Assembly (NCBI GenBank): GCA_951406725.2 | Contig: OX597818.1 | Span: 54,250,001 to 54,314,000 of the forward strand | Direction of reading: 5' to 3' | Source: Octopus vulgaris | Taxonomy: Eukaryota | DNA length: 64,000 bases | Shown: positions 12,572 to 24,501 of the stretch, one piece after another | Layout: the number at the start of each line of letters is the position of its first letter | How positions within the stretch are numbered: the stretch's first letter is position 1 | Translations under genes and position numbers: made by a program | The notes under the pieces: model-generated | What the model saw: only the letters and a program-made list of their open reading frames with translations | Databases searched by the model: none | What the model was told of the DNA's origin: nothing

Positions 12572-13291
12572 TAATTGGTATGTGTTCACAAAGTCCAAAC
12601 GATTAATACGGAAAAACCCTCCAGGTTACATCCCGAAAATTCATTTCTTTGCCGAATTTCTACAATGTTTACGGTGATTCGTTTTTATATCTTGATTTTT
12701 TATTTTTCATGCAATTTACGCATGCTTGTACGCGTGGTGAGCACAGTTCACGTCAAACATCTGACTGAGTAAAGTTCACTATTCAATGCATGGGATAAGG
12801 CCTAAACAAACACATTGTCGATTTTTGCACTTGGGAGATGAATTTCGGAACAGAAATAGAGCAGTTCAATTTTCATTCGCCTAAACTTTAAGTGACCCAT
12901 TTTTGTTGGTTCTACGATTTGTTGGCTAGGAGGAGATGTGCCGGGAAGTTAAACACACAGACACACAAGTTGGGTTTTATATATATATATATATATATAT
13001 ATACACAACAGGCTTCTTTCAGTTTCCACCATCCAAATCCACTCAAAGGGCTTTGGTTGATGAAGGTGTTATGCAGTCAAACAAACCAATGCCAGTGCCC
13101 CTATTTTCTAAGCTGGATACTTACTTTATCAGTCTCTAAGACAACATGTATACAATTATCAATTTTATTTTTATGTTACTAGTAATTTAATAATTTTAAA
13201 GAAACTGTTCACCAGTAACACAAATTTAGCAAGTGCTCTCAGCAGAAATTAAGACAAGTAAGTACACAATTCAAGTATTTTACACACATGA

Positions 13292-13294
<3 letters not shown>

Positions 13295-13344
<50 letters not shown>

Positions 13345-13577
13345 CATATACATACATACATATACATACATACATATACATACATACATACATACATATA
13401 TATACATACATACATATACATATATATATATATACATACATATATATATACATACATATATATATATACATACACATACATCTATATATACATACATATA
13501 TATATATACATACATACATATATATACATACATACATACACATACATACATACATATACATACATACATATATATAC

Positions 13578-13616
<39 letters not shown>

Positions 13617-13656
13617 CATATATATACATACATACATATATATACATACATACATA

Positions 13657-13692
<36 letters not shown>

Positions 13693-14245
13693 CATACATA
13701 CATATATATACATACATACATACATATATATACATACATACATACATATATATACATACATACATACATACATATATATACATACATACATACATATATA
13801 TACATACATACATACATACATATATATACATACATACATACATATATATACATACATACATACATATATATACATACATACATACATACATATATATACA
13901 TACATACATATATATACATACATACATATACATACATACATACATATATATACATACATACATATACATACATACATACATATATATACATACATACATA
14001 TACATACATACATACATATATATGCATACATACATACATATATATACGTACATATATATACATACATACATATATATACATACATACATATATATACATA
14101 CATACATACATACATACATATACATACATACATATATATACATATATATACATACATACATACATACATACATATACATACATACATATATATATACATA
14201 CATACATATATATACATACATATACATACATACATATATATATAC

Positions 14246-14316
<71 letters not shown>

Positions 14317-14347
14317 CATATATATATACATACATACATATATATAC

Positions 14348-14438
<91 letters not shown>
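13295..14438. repeat. (TACA)n/(TA)n compound microsatellite
   Basis: Directly visible. Confidence 0.95.
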
Positions 14439-14439
<1 letters not shown>

Positions 14440-14541
14440 GGCCTGCTCGCTTAGCCAGCGGGGTGGCGTCATTCAAAGGCTAAAACAATGCGAACGCATT
14501 GTTACCAGCGATGTGTAACAACATCTGATGGTCTGGTCGGT

Positions 14542-14591
<50 letters not shown>

Positions 14592-14791
14592 AGAGTTTAT
14601 GGAAAAAACAAAATACGAAGACAGGTGGTGTACAAAACAAACAGATGTATTAGTATAAGGCTCAGGAATAGAAAAAGTCTTTTACATTTCGAGCCTACGC
14701 TCTTCTACAGAAAAAACAAGGAGAGAAAAAAATGTGTGAAGTGGCTAACGATCTATCATGGCGACTTTATTGCTGTTTAGTAAGAGAGTAG

Positions 14792-15045
14792 GTACTACTT
14801 GAGAACAGTGGTCCCGGTGCGCGCACTCGCGTAGTCGCGCATCCTCTCTAGCTAGTCGATCCTTACTTTGTATTTTTGTGTTTTATTTGCTTTGTTTAAC
14901 AAAAATTATTTACTTTGCGTAAAAAAATTATCTATTTAGTGTTTTATTTACTTTGCTAGGTAGTCGTTGTAGGATTGACTAGTCACGACTAGCTAGCGCG
15001 GATGCGCGACTACGCGCACCGGGGCCACTGTTCTCAAGTAGTAGC
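14792..15045. mobile_element. MITE with long terminal inverted repeats
   Basis: tactacttgagaacagtgg...ccactgttctcaagtagtag, with inner imperfect arms; related to 46108-46460. Confidence 0.8.
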
Positions 15046-15247
15046 GAAGAGTGAATCAAGACGTGAAATTTCCGTGTGTTGGCACTTATAAAACGACAAA
15101 ACACTCGGGCCTTCAGCAACTCTGTTACCTCTACTAAATAGTAACAGAAATAGACATATATTTAGCATTTTCACAGCCTTTAGGCTGAAAAGTATAAGAA
15201 AAATAATAGTGTGCGTGTATATAAAAAGTGAAAGAAGGGGAAAGATT

Positions 15248-16099
15248 TTACTTGTAAAAGTATAACTCTTTCATTAACATGTTTGCCACGCAAGGAACCT
15301 GTTTCATTTTAGTGGAAGAATGCTCATATTCATAGGCAACCTTACGGTTTACCAAAATCATTAATTGTTGCAGTTCAAGTCGGTCTCCGTGTTTTTCCAA
15401 AATGTGGGCTAGCGATTGAATGAACCAAGATCCAGTCGTACGACGTCTATAGGAGTAAAATCCAGGGACAGTGGAATAAGCCAGAAGCATGTCGGCCCCA
15501 AGTGGTACTTTGTGAGATGTGACATTTTGATATTTTTCTCTAACATCGCCGGAATCGTGCATAACTGCACCTCTGTCCTCTTTCCTTCCCCGACAGGCTT
15601 GTACGAAGAATAGTTTTGGCTTACCTATTAAATCTGGGCATCTATCAGGAAGAAACATCTGCACTAACTCGTTAAGATTTACTTCTCCATCAGTGCCATA
15701 AATCTGGTTACCGTCTTCACCGTGAGTCAATATAATACAAACGAAGCAGTTATGCTCCGCAAGCTCCATCGTGGATATATCCTTAAAGATTTGCTTCATG
15801 TCTTTCACTGATAAATTCTTGCGGTTAATTACCTTAAAATGCAACGACTCCAATGTGTGTTTAATTGCTGATGCATCTTTGTCGGATCCTTGTCGGTAAG
15901 ACATACCAGTCGATTCGTCAAACTCCACGTTATTTATTATTAAAGCCAGATTTTTTTTTTCGCGATCCATGTCATATCTGGCATTTACAGATTCGCTACT
16001 TCCTTCAACAGACACCATTTCAACATCTTCAGGTTGTGAATCGGGGTTTCTCTCTTTAAAAAATATGCCTTCAACACGTTGTGTATCTGTGTAGTCCAT
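15248..16099 (-). CDS. Caspase-3/7-like effector caspase copy 2 (283 aa, intronless, YRR/short-L4 class)
   Basis: Uninterrupted ORF from Kozak ATG; RQGSD, LTHG, QACRG, SYRRRTTGSWF, KQVP and KELYFYK motifs of peptidase C14. Confidence 0.93.
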   Translation of the reverse strand: MDYTDTQRVEGIFFKERNPDSQPEDVEMVSVEGSSESVNARYDMDREKKNLALIINNVEFDESTGMSYRQGSDKDASAIKHTLESLHFKVINRKNLSVKDMKQIFKDISTMELAEHNCFVCIILTHGEDGNQIYGTDGEVNLNELVQMFLPDRCPDLIGKPKLFFVQACRGRKEDRGAVMHDSGDVREKYQNVTSHKVPLGADMLLAYSTVPGFYSYRRRTTGSWFIQSLAHILEKHGDRLELQQLMILVNRKVAYEYEHSSTKMKQVPCVANMLMKELYFYK

Positions 16100-19000
16100 G
16101 GTTGAGCGGAATGTGTATGAATAAGCAGAAACAAGTCGGAACAAGAAACCGCGGAAAACGACGATTTGTGTGTAATTTTTCTGTAATTTGTGAAAGAAAA
16201 TAACTTACAGAGTTATTTTTTCGAAGTTCAAACACGTTATGTTTTTTTTTTTTTTTAAGTAACCAGTTGACAGTATAGGCGCAAGAGTGGCTGTCTGGTA
16301 AAAAGCTTGTTTTCCGTCCACAAGGTTCCGTAAATTAGCGATTCGGCAAAGACACTGATAGATTAATTACTAGGCTTACAAAACAGAAAAGTCCTGGGGT
16401 TGGTTGGTTCGCCTAAAAGGGCCGCAGTAAAATGACTGAAAAAAGTAAAAGAATTAGATAGATGGTAATCATTCGATGATGGTCTCAACTCTGTAAATTT
16501 CTTGTAGCTGAATGTTCGGCAATTTCTGTAAAGAATTTTTATTCATTTAGTGTCAAATTCACATCCTGTTGTAGACGATATTTGCTTTGGGGGAGAAGAG
16601 GAAGGCGAAAGTGGATCACGTACACTAGCACGTGCTCTCGCTGAGTCACCCATTGACTTCCGCATCTTTGATTTAAATAGTGAAACATACACTTGCACAA
16701 TGTATGTGTGTGAAAGAATTGTGTAGATATTGGGTGTACTTGTGTGTGTGAAAGATATTGGGTGTACTTGTGTGTGTAAAGATATTGGGTGTACTTGTGT
16801 GTGTGAAAGATATTGGGTGTACTTGTGTGTGTCAAAGATATTGGGTGTACTTGTGTGTGTGAAAGATATTGGGTGTACTTGTGTGTGTCAAAGATATTGG
16901 GTGTACTTGTGTGTGTGAAAGATATTGGGTGTACTTGTGTGTGTGAAAGATATTGGGTGTACTTGTGTGTGTCAAAGATATTGGGTGTACTTGTGTGTGT
17001 GAAAGATATTGGGTGTACTTGTGTGTGTGAAAGATATTGGGTGTACTTGTGTGTGTGAAAGATATTGGGTGTACTTGTGTGTGTGAAAGATATTGGGTGT
17101 ACTTGTGTGTGTGTCAAAGATATTGGGTGTACTTGTGTGTGTGAAAGATATTGGGTGTACTTGTGTGTGTGAAAGATATTGGGTGTACTTGTGTGTGTCA
17201 AAGATATTGGGTGTACTTGTGTGTGTGAAAGATATTGGGTGTACTTGTGTGTGTAAAGATATTGGGTGTACTTGTGTGTGTGAAAGATATTGGGTGTACT
17301 TGTGTGTGTAAAGATATTGGGTGTACTTGTGTGTGTCAAAGATATTGGGTGTACTTGTGTGTGTGAAAGATATTGGGTGTACTTGTGTGTGTGAAAGATA
17401 TTGGGTGTACTTGTGTGTGTCAAAGATATTGGGTGTACTTGTGTGTGTCAAAGATATTGGGTGTACTTGTGTGTGTCAAAGATATTGGGTGTACTTGTGT
17501 GTGTGAAAGATATTGGGTGTACTTGTGTGTGTCAAAGATATTGGGTGTACTTGTGTGTGTGAAAGATATTGGGTGTACTTGTGTGTGTCAAAGATATTGG
17601 GTGTACTTGTGTGTGTCAAAGATATTGGGTGTACTTGTGTGTGTCAAAGATATTGGGTGTACTTGTGTGTGTCAAAGATATTGGGTGTACTTGTGTGTGT
17701 GAAAGATATTGGGTGTACTTGTGTGTGAAAGATATTGGGTGTACTTGTGTGTGTGAAAGATATTGGGTGTACTTGTGTGTGAAAGATATTGGGTGTACTT
17801 GTGTGTGTCAAAGATATTGGGTGTACTTGTGTGTGTGTGAAAGATATTGGGTGTACTTGTGTGTGTGAAAGATATTGGGTGTACTTGTGTGTGTGAAAGA
17901 TATTGGGTGTACTTGTGTGTGTCAAAGATATTGGGTGTACTTGTGTGTGTGAAAGATATTGGGTGTACTTGTGTGTGTGAAAGATATTGGGTGTACTTGT
18001 GTGTGTGAAAGATATTGGGTGTACTTGTGTGTGTGAAAGATATTGGGTGTACTTGTGTGTGTGAAAGATATTGGGTGTACTTGTGTGTGTGAAAGATATT
18101 GGGTGTACTTGTGTGTGAAAGATATTGGGTGTACTTGTGTGTGTGAAAGATATTGGGTGTACTTGTGTGTCAAAGATATTGGGTGTACTTGTGTGTGAAA
18201 GATATTGGGTGTACTTGTGTGTGTCAAAGATATTGGGTGTACTTGTGTGTGTGAAAGATATTGGGTGTACTTGTGTGTGTGAAAGATATTGGGTGTACTT
18301 GTGTGTGTGAAAGATATTGGGTGTACTTGTGTGTGTGAAAGATATTGGGTGTACTTGTGTGTGTGAAAGATATTGGGTGTACTTGTGTGTGTCAAAGATA
18401 TTGGGTGTACTTGTGTGTGTCAAAGATATTGGGTGTACTTGTGTGTGTGAAAGATATTGGGTGTACTTGTGTGTGTGAAAGATATTGGGTGTACTTGTGT
18501 GTGTGAAAGATATTGGGTGTACTTGTGTGTGTGAAAGATATTGGGTGTACTTGTGTGTGTCAAAGATATTGGGTGTACTTGTGTGTGTGAAAGATATTGG
18601 GTGTACTTGTGTGTGTGAAAGATATTGGGTGTACTTGTGTGTGTGAAAGATATTGGGTGTACTTGTGTGTGTGAAAGATATTGGGTGTACTTGTGTGTGT
18701 GAAAGATATTGGGTGTACTTGTGTGTGTGAAAGATATTGGGTGTACTTGTGTGTGTCAAAGATATTGGGTGTACTTGTGTGTGTGAAAGATATTGGGTGT
18801 ACTTGTGTGTGTGAAAGATATTGGGTGTACTTGTGTGTGTGTGAAAGATATTGGGTGTACTTGTGTGTGTGAAAGATATTGGGTGTACTTGTGTGTGTCA
18901 AAGATATTGGGTGTACTTGTGTGTGTGAAAGATATTGGGTGTACTTGTGTGTGTGAAAGATATTGGGTGTACTTGTGTGTGTGAAAGATATTGGGTGTAC

Positions 19001-20210
19001 TTGTGTGTGTGAAAGATATTGGGTGTACTTGTGTGTGTGAAAGATATTGGGTGTACTTGTGTGTGTGAAAGATATTGGGTGTACTTGTGTGTGTGAAAGA
19101 TATTGGGTGTACTTGTGTGTGTGAAAGATATTGGGTGTACTTGTGTGTGTCAAAGATATTGGGTGTACTTGTGTGTGTGAAAGATATTGGGTGTACTTGT
19201 GTCAAAGATATTGGGTGTACTTGTGTGTGTCAAAGATATTGGGTGTACTTGTGTGTGTGAAAGATATTGGGTGTACTTGTGTGTGTGAAAGATATTGGGT
19301 GTACTTGTGTGTGTGAAAGCTATTGGGTGTATTTGTGTGTGTGAAAGATATTGGGTGTACTTGTGTGTGTCAAAGATATTGGGTGTACTTGTGTGTGTGA
19401 AAGATATTGGGTGTACTTGTGTGAAAGATATTGGGTGTACTTGTGTGTGTCAAAGATATTGGGTGTACTTGTGTGAAAGATATTGGGTGTACTTGTGTGT
19501 GTCAAAGATATTGGGTGTACTTGTGTGAAAGATATTGGGTGTACTTGTGTGTGTGAAAGATATTGGGTGTACTTGTGTGAAAGATATTGGGTGTACTTGT
19601 GTGTGTCAAAGATATTGGGTGTACTTGTGTGTGTGAAAGATATTGGGTGTACTTGTGTGTGTCAAAGATATTGGGTGTACTTGTGTGTGTGAAAGATATT
19701 GGGTGTACTTGTGTGTGTCAAAGATATTGGGTGTACTTGTGTGTGTCAAAGATATTGGGTGTACTTGTGTGTGTGAAAGATATTGGGTGTACTTGTGTGT
19801 GTCAAAGATATTGGGTGTACTTGTGTGTGTGAAAGATATTGGGTGTACTTGTGTGTGTGAAAGATATTGGGTGTACTTGTGTGTGTGAAAGATATTGGGT
19901 GTACTTGTGTGTGTCAAAGATATTGGGTGTACTTGTGTGTGTGAAAGATATTGGGTGTACTTGTGTGTGTGAAAGATATTGGGTGTACTTGTGTGTGCGA
20001 GCGTGTTCAACTTTATGTATTGTTTTATTCACTCACACATATCTTTCATATATACATACATACATAAATACATACACTGTACAAAGGAGTGGCTGTGTGG
20101 TAAGCCACATGGTTCTGGGTTCAGTCCCACTGCGTGGCACCTTGGGCAAGTGTCTTCTACTATAGCCTCGGGCCGACCAAAGCCACACACACACACATAT
20201 ATATATACAT

Positions 20211-20276
<66 letters not shown>
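15419..20276 (-). repeat. Right arm of inverted segmental duplication
   Basis: Reverse complement of 2045-5948, with a longer satellite. Confidence 0.92.
16703..19997 (-). repeat. 28-bp tandem minisatellite, ~117 units, reverse orientation of 2337-4685
   Basis: AAAGATATTGGGTGTACTTGTGTGTGT(G/C) units; some have shortened or lengthened GT runs. Confidence 0.97.
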
Positions 20277-20278
<2 letters not shown>

Positions 20279-20565
20279 CGTTTACCAAATCCACTCACAA
20301 GGCTTTGGTAAACGGAAACTGAAAAAAGCCCATCGTATATATGTATATATATATATGTGTGTGTGTATGTTTGTCCCCCCCCCCCCCAACATCGCTTGAC
20401 AACCGATGCTGGTGTGTTTATGTCTCTGTAACTTAGCAGTTCGGCGAAAGAAACCGATAGAATAAGTAACAGGGCTCACAAAGAATAAGTCCTGGGGGCG
20501 ATTTGCTCGACTAAAAAAGGTGGTGCTCCAGCATGGCCACAGTCAAATGAGTGAAACAAGTGAAA
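20085..20565 (+). mobile_element. tRNA-derived SINE with internal microsatellite and small local inversion
   Basis: Head ggagtggctgtgtggtaag..., inverted block ttccgtttaccaaatccactcacaaggc at 20276-20303, tail ggtgctccagcatggccacagtcaaatgagtgaaac. Confidence 0.8.
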
Positions 20566-20780
20566 GAGAGTAAAGGGCGTGTTTCGCGCGCACGCGTGTA
20601 TGTGTGGTCTTTTATATACACGTCTTTTATACACACGTACGTACATAAAGACAAACAAACATATATACATTGTGCGAGCGTATATGTTTCACTATTCAAC
20701 TGGTCAATGGGTGTGTTTGTGTGGGTGCGAGCGAAAGAAAGAACGCGCATGCGTCGTTAGCGTGTGTTTCACCTATCCGT

Positions 20781-22215
20781 TTCTTTATTGCCCACAAGGG
20801 GCTAAACACAGAGAGGAGAAATAAGGACAGACTAACGGATTAAGTCGATTATATCGACCCCAGTGCGTATCTGGTACTTTGTTTATCGACCCCGAGAGGA
20901 TGAAAGGCAAAGTCGACCTCGGCGGAATTTGAACTCAGAACGTAGCATCAGACGAAATACTTATTTTTTTACTACCCACAAGGGGCTAAACACAGAGAGG
21001 ACAAATAGGGACAGACAGACGGATTAAGTCAATTATATCGACCCCAGTGCGTAACTGGTACTTATTTAATCGACCGCGGCGGAATTTGAACTCAGAACGT
21101 AGCAGTAGAGGAAATACTTATTTCTTTACTACCCACAAGGGGCTAAACATAGAGGGGACAAACAAGGACAGACATAGGTATTAAGTCGATTACATCGACC
21201 CCAGTGCGTAACTGGTACTTTATTTATCGACCCCGAAAGGATGAAAGGCAAAGTCGACCTCGGCAGAATTTGAACTCAGAACGTAACTGCAGACGAAATA
21301 CCTATTTCTTTATTACCCACAAGGGGCTAAACATAGAGGGGACAAACAAGGACAGACATAGGTATTAAGTCGATTACATCGACCCCAGTGCGTAACTGGT
21401 ACTTTATTTATCGACCCCGAAAGGATGAAAGGCAAAGTCGACCTCGGCGGAATTTGAACTCAGAACGTAACTGCAGACGAAATACCTATTTCTTTATTAC
21501 CCACAAGGGGCTAAACACAGAGAGGACAAATAGGGACAGACAAACGGATTAAGTCAATTATATCGACCCCAGTGCGTAACTGGTACTTATTTAATCGACC
21601 GCGGCGGAATTTGAACTCAGAACGTAACGGCAGACGAAATACCTATTTCTTTACTACCCACAAGGGGCTAAACACAGAGAGGACAAATAAGGACAGACAA
21701 ACGGATTAAGTCAATTATAACGACCCCAGTGCGTAACTGATACTTATTTAATCGACCGCGGCGGAATTTGAATTCAGAACGTAACGGCAGACGAAATACC
21801 TATTTCTTTACTACCCACAAGGGGCTAAACACAGAGAGGACAAATAAGGACAGACAAACGGATTAAATCAATTATTTCGACCCCAGTGCGTATCTGGTAC
21901 TTTATTTATCGACCCCGAAAGGATGAAAGGCAAAGTCGACCTCGGCGGAATTTGAACTCAGAACGTAACTGCAGATGAAATACCTATTTCTTTATTACCC
22001 ACAAGGGGCTAAACATAGAGGGGACAAACAAGGACAGACATAGGTATTAAGTCGATTACATCGACCCCAGTGCGTAACTGGTACTTTATTTATCGACCCC
22101 GAAAGGATGAAAGGCAAAGTCGACCTCAGCGGAATTTGAACTCAGAACGTAACGGCAGACGAAATACCGCTAAGCATTTCGCCCGGTGTGCCAACGGTTC
22201 TGCCAGCTCGCCACC
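20781..22215 (-). mobile_element. Tandem octamer of tRNA-derived SINE
   Basis: Units at ~20781, 20963, 21120, 21303, 21487, 21644, 21801 and 21985; single full head at 22165-22215; three units share an internal deletion. Confidence 0.88.
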
Positions 22216-22619
22216 TTGTGTGTTTCCCCCTATCGCTTCTCTCTCACCGACTTCTAAGGAAACGTCGTCTTCAGCAGGACATGGAAATAAATATGAATTC
22301 CTTAAGGGTATTGCCGAACCTTGAGGCAATCAACAAAATATAGCTCAATAAAAATAGTGGGCAAAACTTCCTTTCGTACCCCCATCATTTTGTTTTTTTT
22401 ATTTTTTCTCCACAAACTCCCATTTTCGGCTACGGAGAATACGAATCTGCAAAAAAAAAAAAAAAAAAAAAAAAAGCAAAACTCGGCATTTTGAAATTAC
22501 CCACCACCCTAAATTCTTCATTTTAAACTTTTTCCGGTTTTTTTTTTTTTTTTTTTTCAAAATATGCGGTAATATACGGAGATTATGATTCTGAAAAAAA
22601 TTTCCAAAAATTTTTCTAC

Positions 22620-22873
22620 TTAGGGTTAGGGTTAGTGTTTTAGGGCTAGGGTTGGGGTTTTAGGATTAGGGTTTGTGTTTTAGGGTTAGGGTTGGGGTTT
22701 TAGGATTAGGGTTAGTGTTTTAGGGTTAGGGTTGCGGTTTTAGGATTAGGGTTAGTGTTTTAGGGCTAGGGTTAGTGTTTTAGGATTAGGGTTAGTGTTT
22801 TAGGGTTAGGGTTGATGTTTTAGGATTAGGGTTAGTGTTTTAGGGTTAGAGTTGGGGTTTTAGGGTTAGGGTT
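22620..22873 (+). repeat. 20-bp-period telomere-like minisatellite (TAGGGTTAGGGTTAGTGTTT) inside a MITE-like element (~22365-23060)
   Basis: ~12.5 units rich in TTAGGG; flanking sequence resembles the reverse complement of ~44540-44660. Confidence 0.8.
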
Positions 22874-23238
22874 ACGGCAAAAAAGTGAAAAATGAAGAAA
22901 TTGGGAGGGAGTAAGGAGGGCGGGGGGCAAAAATTTCAAAATACCGATTTTTGACAATTTTTTCGGAATCTCTGTATGCGAAAACGTGGGTTTTTGGCAA
23001 AAAAAACGTTTAAAAAAAACAGAATAATTTGGGAGAAAAAGGGGGTGGGTAGGAAGTCTTTCCAAACAGTGTCATCATCCTTGTTCCATCATCATAGCAT
23101 CATTTATGCGTGTTACCCGTTTTACGTGTTCGAGACACTAAACATACTTCTCAATAAATGACCAACAAAGTATATATCAAGGGGAACAACTCTAACATAC
23201 TTTTCCTACCATTTCTCCATTCCCATACAAAGCATTTA

Positions 23239-24165
23239 CCGTAAATCCTCGAGTATAGTCCGCCCTTGAGTATAATACGGAGGGGATTTTTAGGGGGCTG
23301 TACCTCCGAAAAAACCTAAACCTTGTGTATAATACGCACCCCTTCTCTAACCTGAGTCAAGGAGGTCTATATAACGTCCTTGGTTTGTAAAAATGTATAC
23401 GATAACGTCCTTTATTATTATTGTATATATAACATAATGCAAGCTTATAGCTTTTTTTGTACATTTTGTTTGCAGAAGATAAAGAAATAACTAATAACTT
23501 CAGTGAAAAATACATATTAAATAAATTGCCTTTACATATTTATCACTATTAGTTACAAAAGCGAAAGTAAAATATTTATTCAAATCCTTCAAATTCAGCT
23601 TCACTTTCAGCATCAAATAAATGTCCCATTTGTTCCTCCGTAAACATGTCAGCATCATTGTAGTGTAAATCTCCGTCATCGTCAGATTCAAAGTCAACAT
23701 CAGAAGATTCACTTTCATTAATTTCATCTTTCCATACAAAGTCATCCTGAGTACCATCCAGTGCAGACGATATACAACATTTGATGCAGACGATATACAA
23801 CATTGGATAAAACTTTTCACTATAATCTGGAGGTCAAGTTCATTCTATGCATACACGATCCATTTGCATATCAAAGTCAGGTCGGGAGCGCGAACCCTTC
23901 CACCTTTAGTGAACGACTTTTCTTCATTCGACATCTATTCAGTCCATAAATCACTTTATGACTTCATTGTTTTCAGGCTTAGCTTAAGGTATTTTCGCGC
24001 TCGACATCACAAAATGCGTCTGAATAAACATTGCCGGACAGCAAATAGAAACTCGGACATTGCTTAGAAAATATTTTTCATTTTTAACCTCGTATATAGT
24101 ACGCACTAGGGATTTTGACCTTTAAATTTCGGGAAAAAATGCGGATTATACTCGAGGATTTACAG
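23239..24165 (-). mobile_element. Non-autonomous pogo/Tigger-like (Tc1/mariner) DNA transposon
   Basis: TA TSD; TIRs CCGTAAATCCTCGAGTATAGTCCGC / GCGGATTATACTCGAGGATTTACAG; remnant KCCISSALDGTQDDFVW resembles a pogo transposase C-terminus. Confidence 0.85.
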
Positions 24166-24468
24166 TATCTCTTTTTTTTATTTATCGTTATCGTTACCAT
24201 CAAGCAACTTATATAAGTTGTTGTTTTCCCTTCTTTATTACTTTTTTCCAAACCATTCGATACAGCATTATTTGTCTGGGAGACGAAGGGTAAAACAACA
24301 AAGGGAGATGGGTGTGGATAGGAGTTAGAGATGCTAAATGCAGGCGAACCTTTATAAAAGGTTTTGTTCTGAAATCACCGATAGTTTAAAATAAAACGGT
24401 AAATTTTTATCGTAAATTGTATTTAGCTTATCAGTTTCACACACAGGAATATTATACACATACACACA

Positions 24469-24499
<31 letters not shown>

Positions 24500-24501
<2 letters not shown>

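Noticed and set aside
13233-14483. Long YI/HT/MYVC ORFs here and at 1-1650, 30500-31730, 34700-36220 and 52400-53360
   Set aside because: Translations of TA/CA microsatellites with no domain content.
16100-16144. 15-aa N-terminal extension (MFRLVSAYSYTFRST) shown in the ORF track for copies 1, 2 and 4
   Set aside because: Begins at TTG and is not conserved in copy 5; the ACCATGG ATG is shared by all five copies.
2045-20276. Inverted duplication as a pure assembly artefact
   Set aside because: The two caspase sequences differ at many coding positions and satellite lengths and variant orders differ, so it is not a simple fold-back; read support is still needed.
22620-22873. True telomere or chromosome-fusion scar
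   Set aside because: 20-bp degenerate period, single orientation, and embedded in a dispersed repeat.
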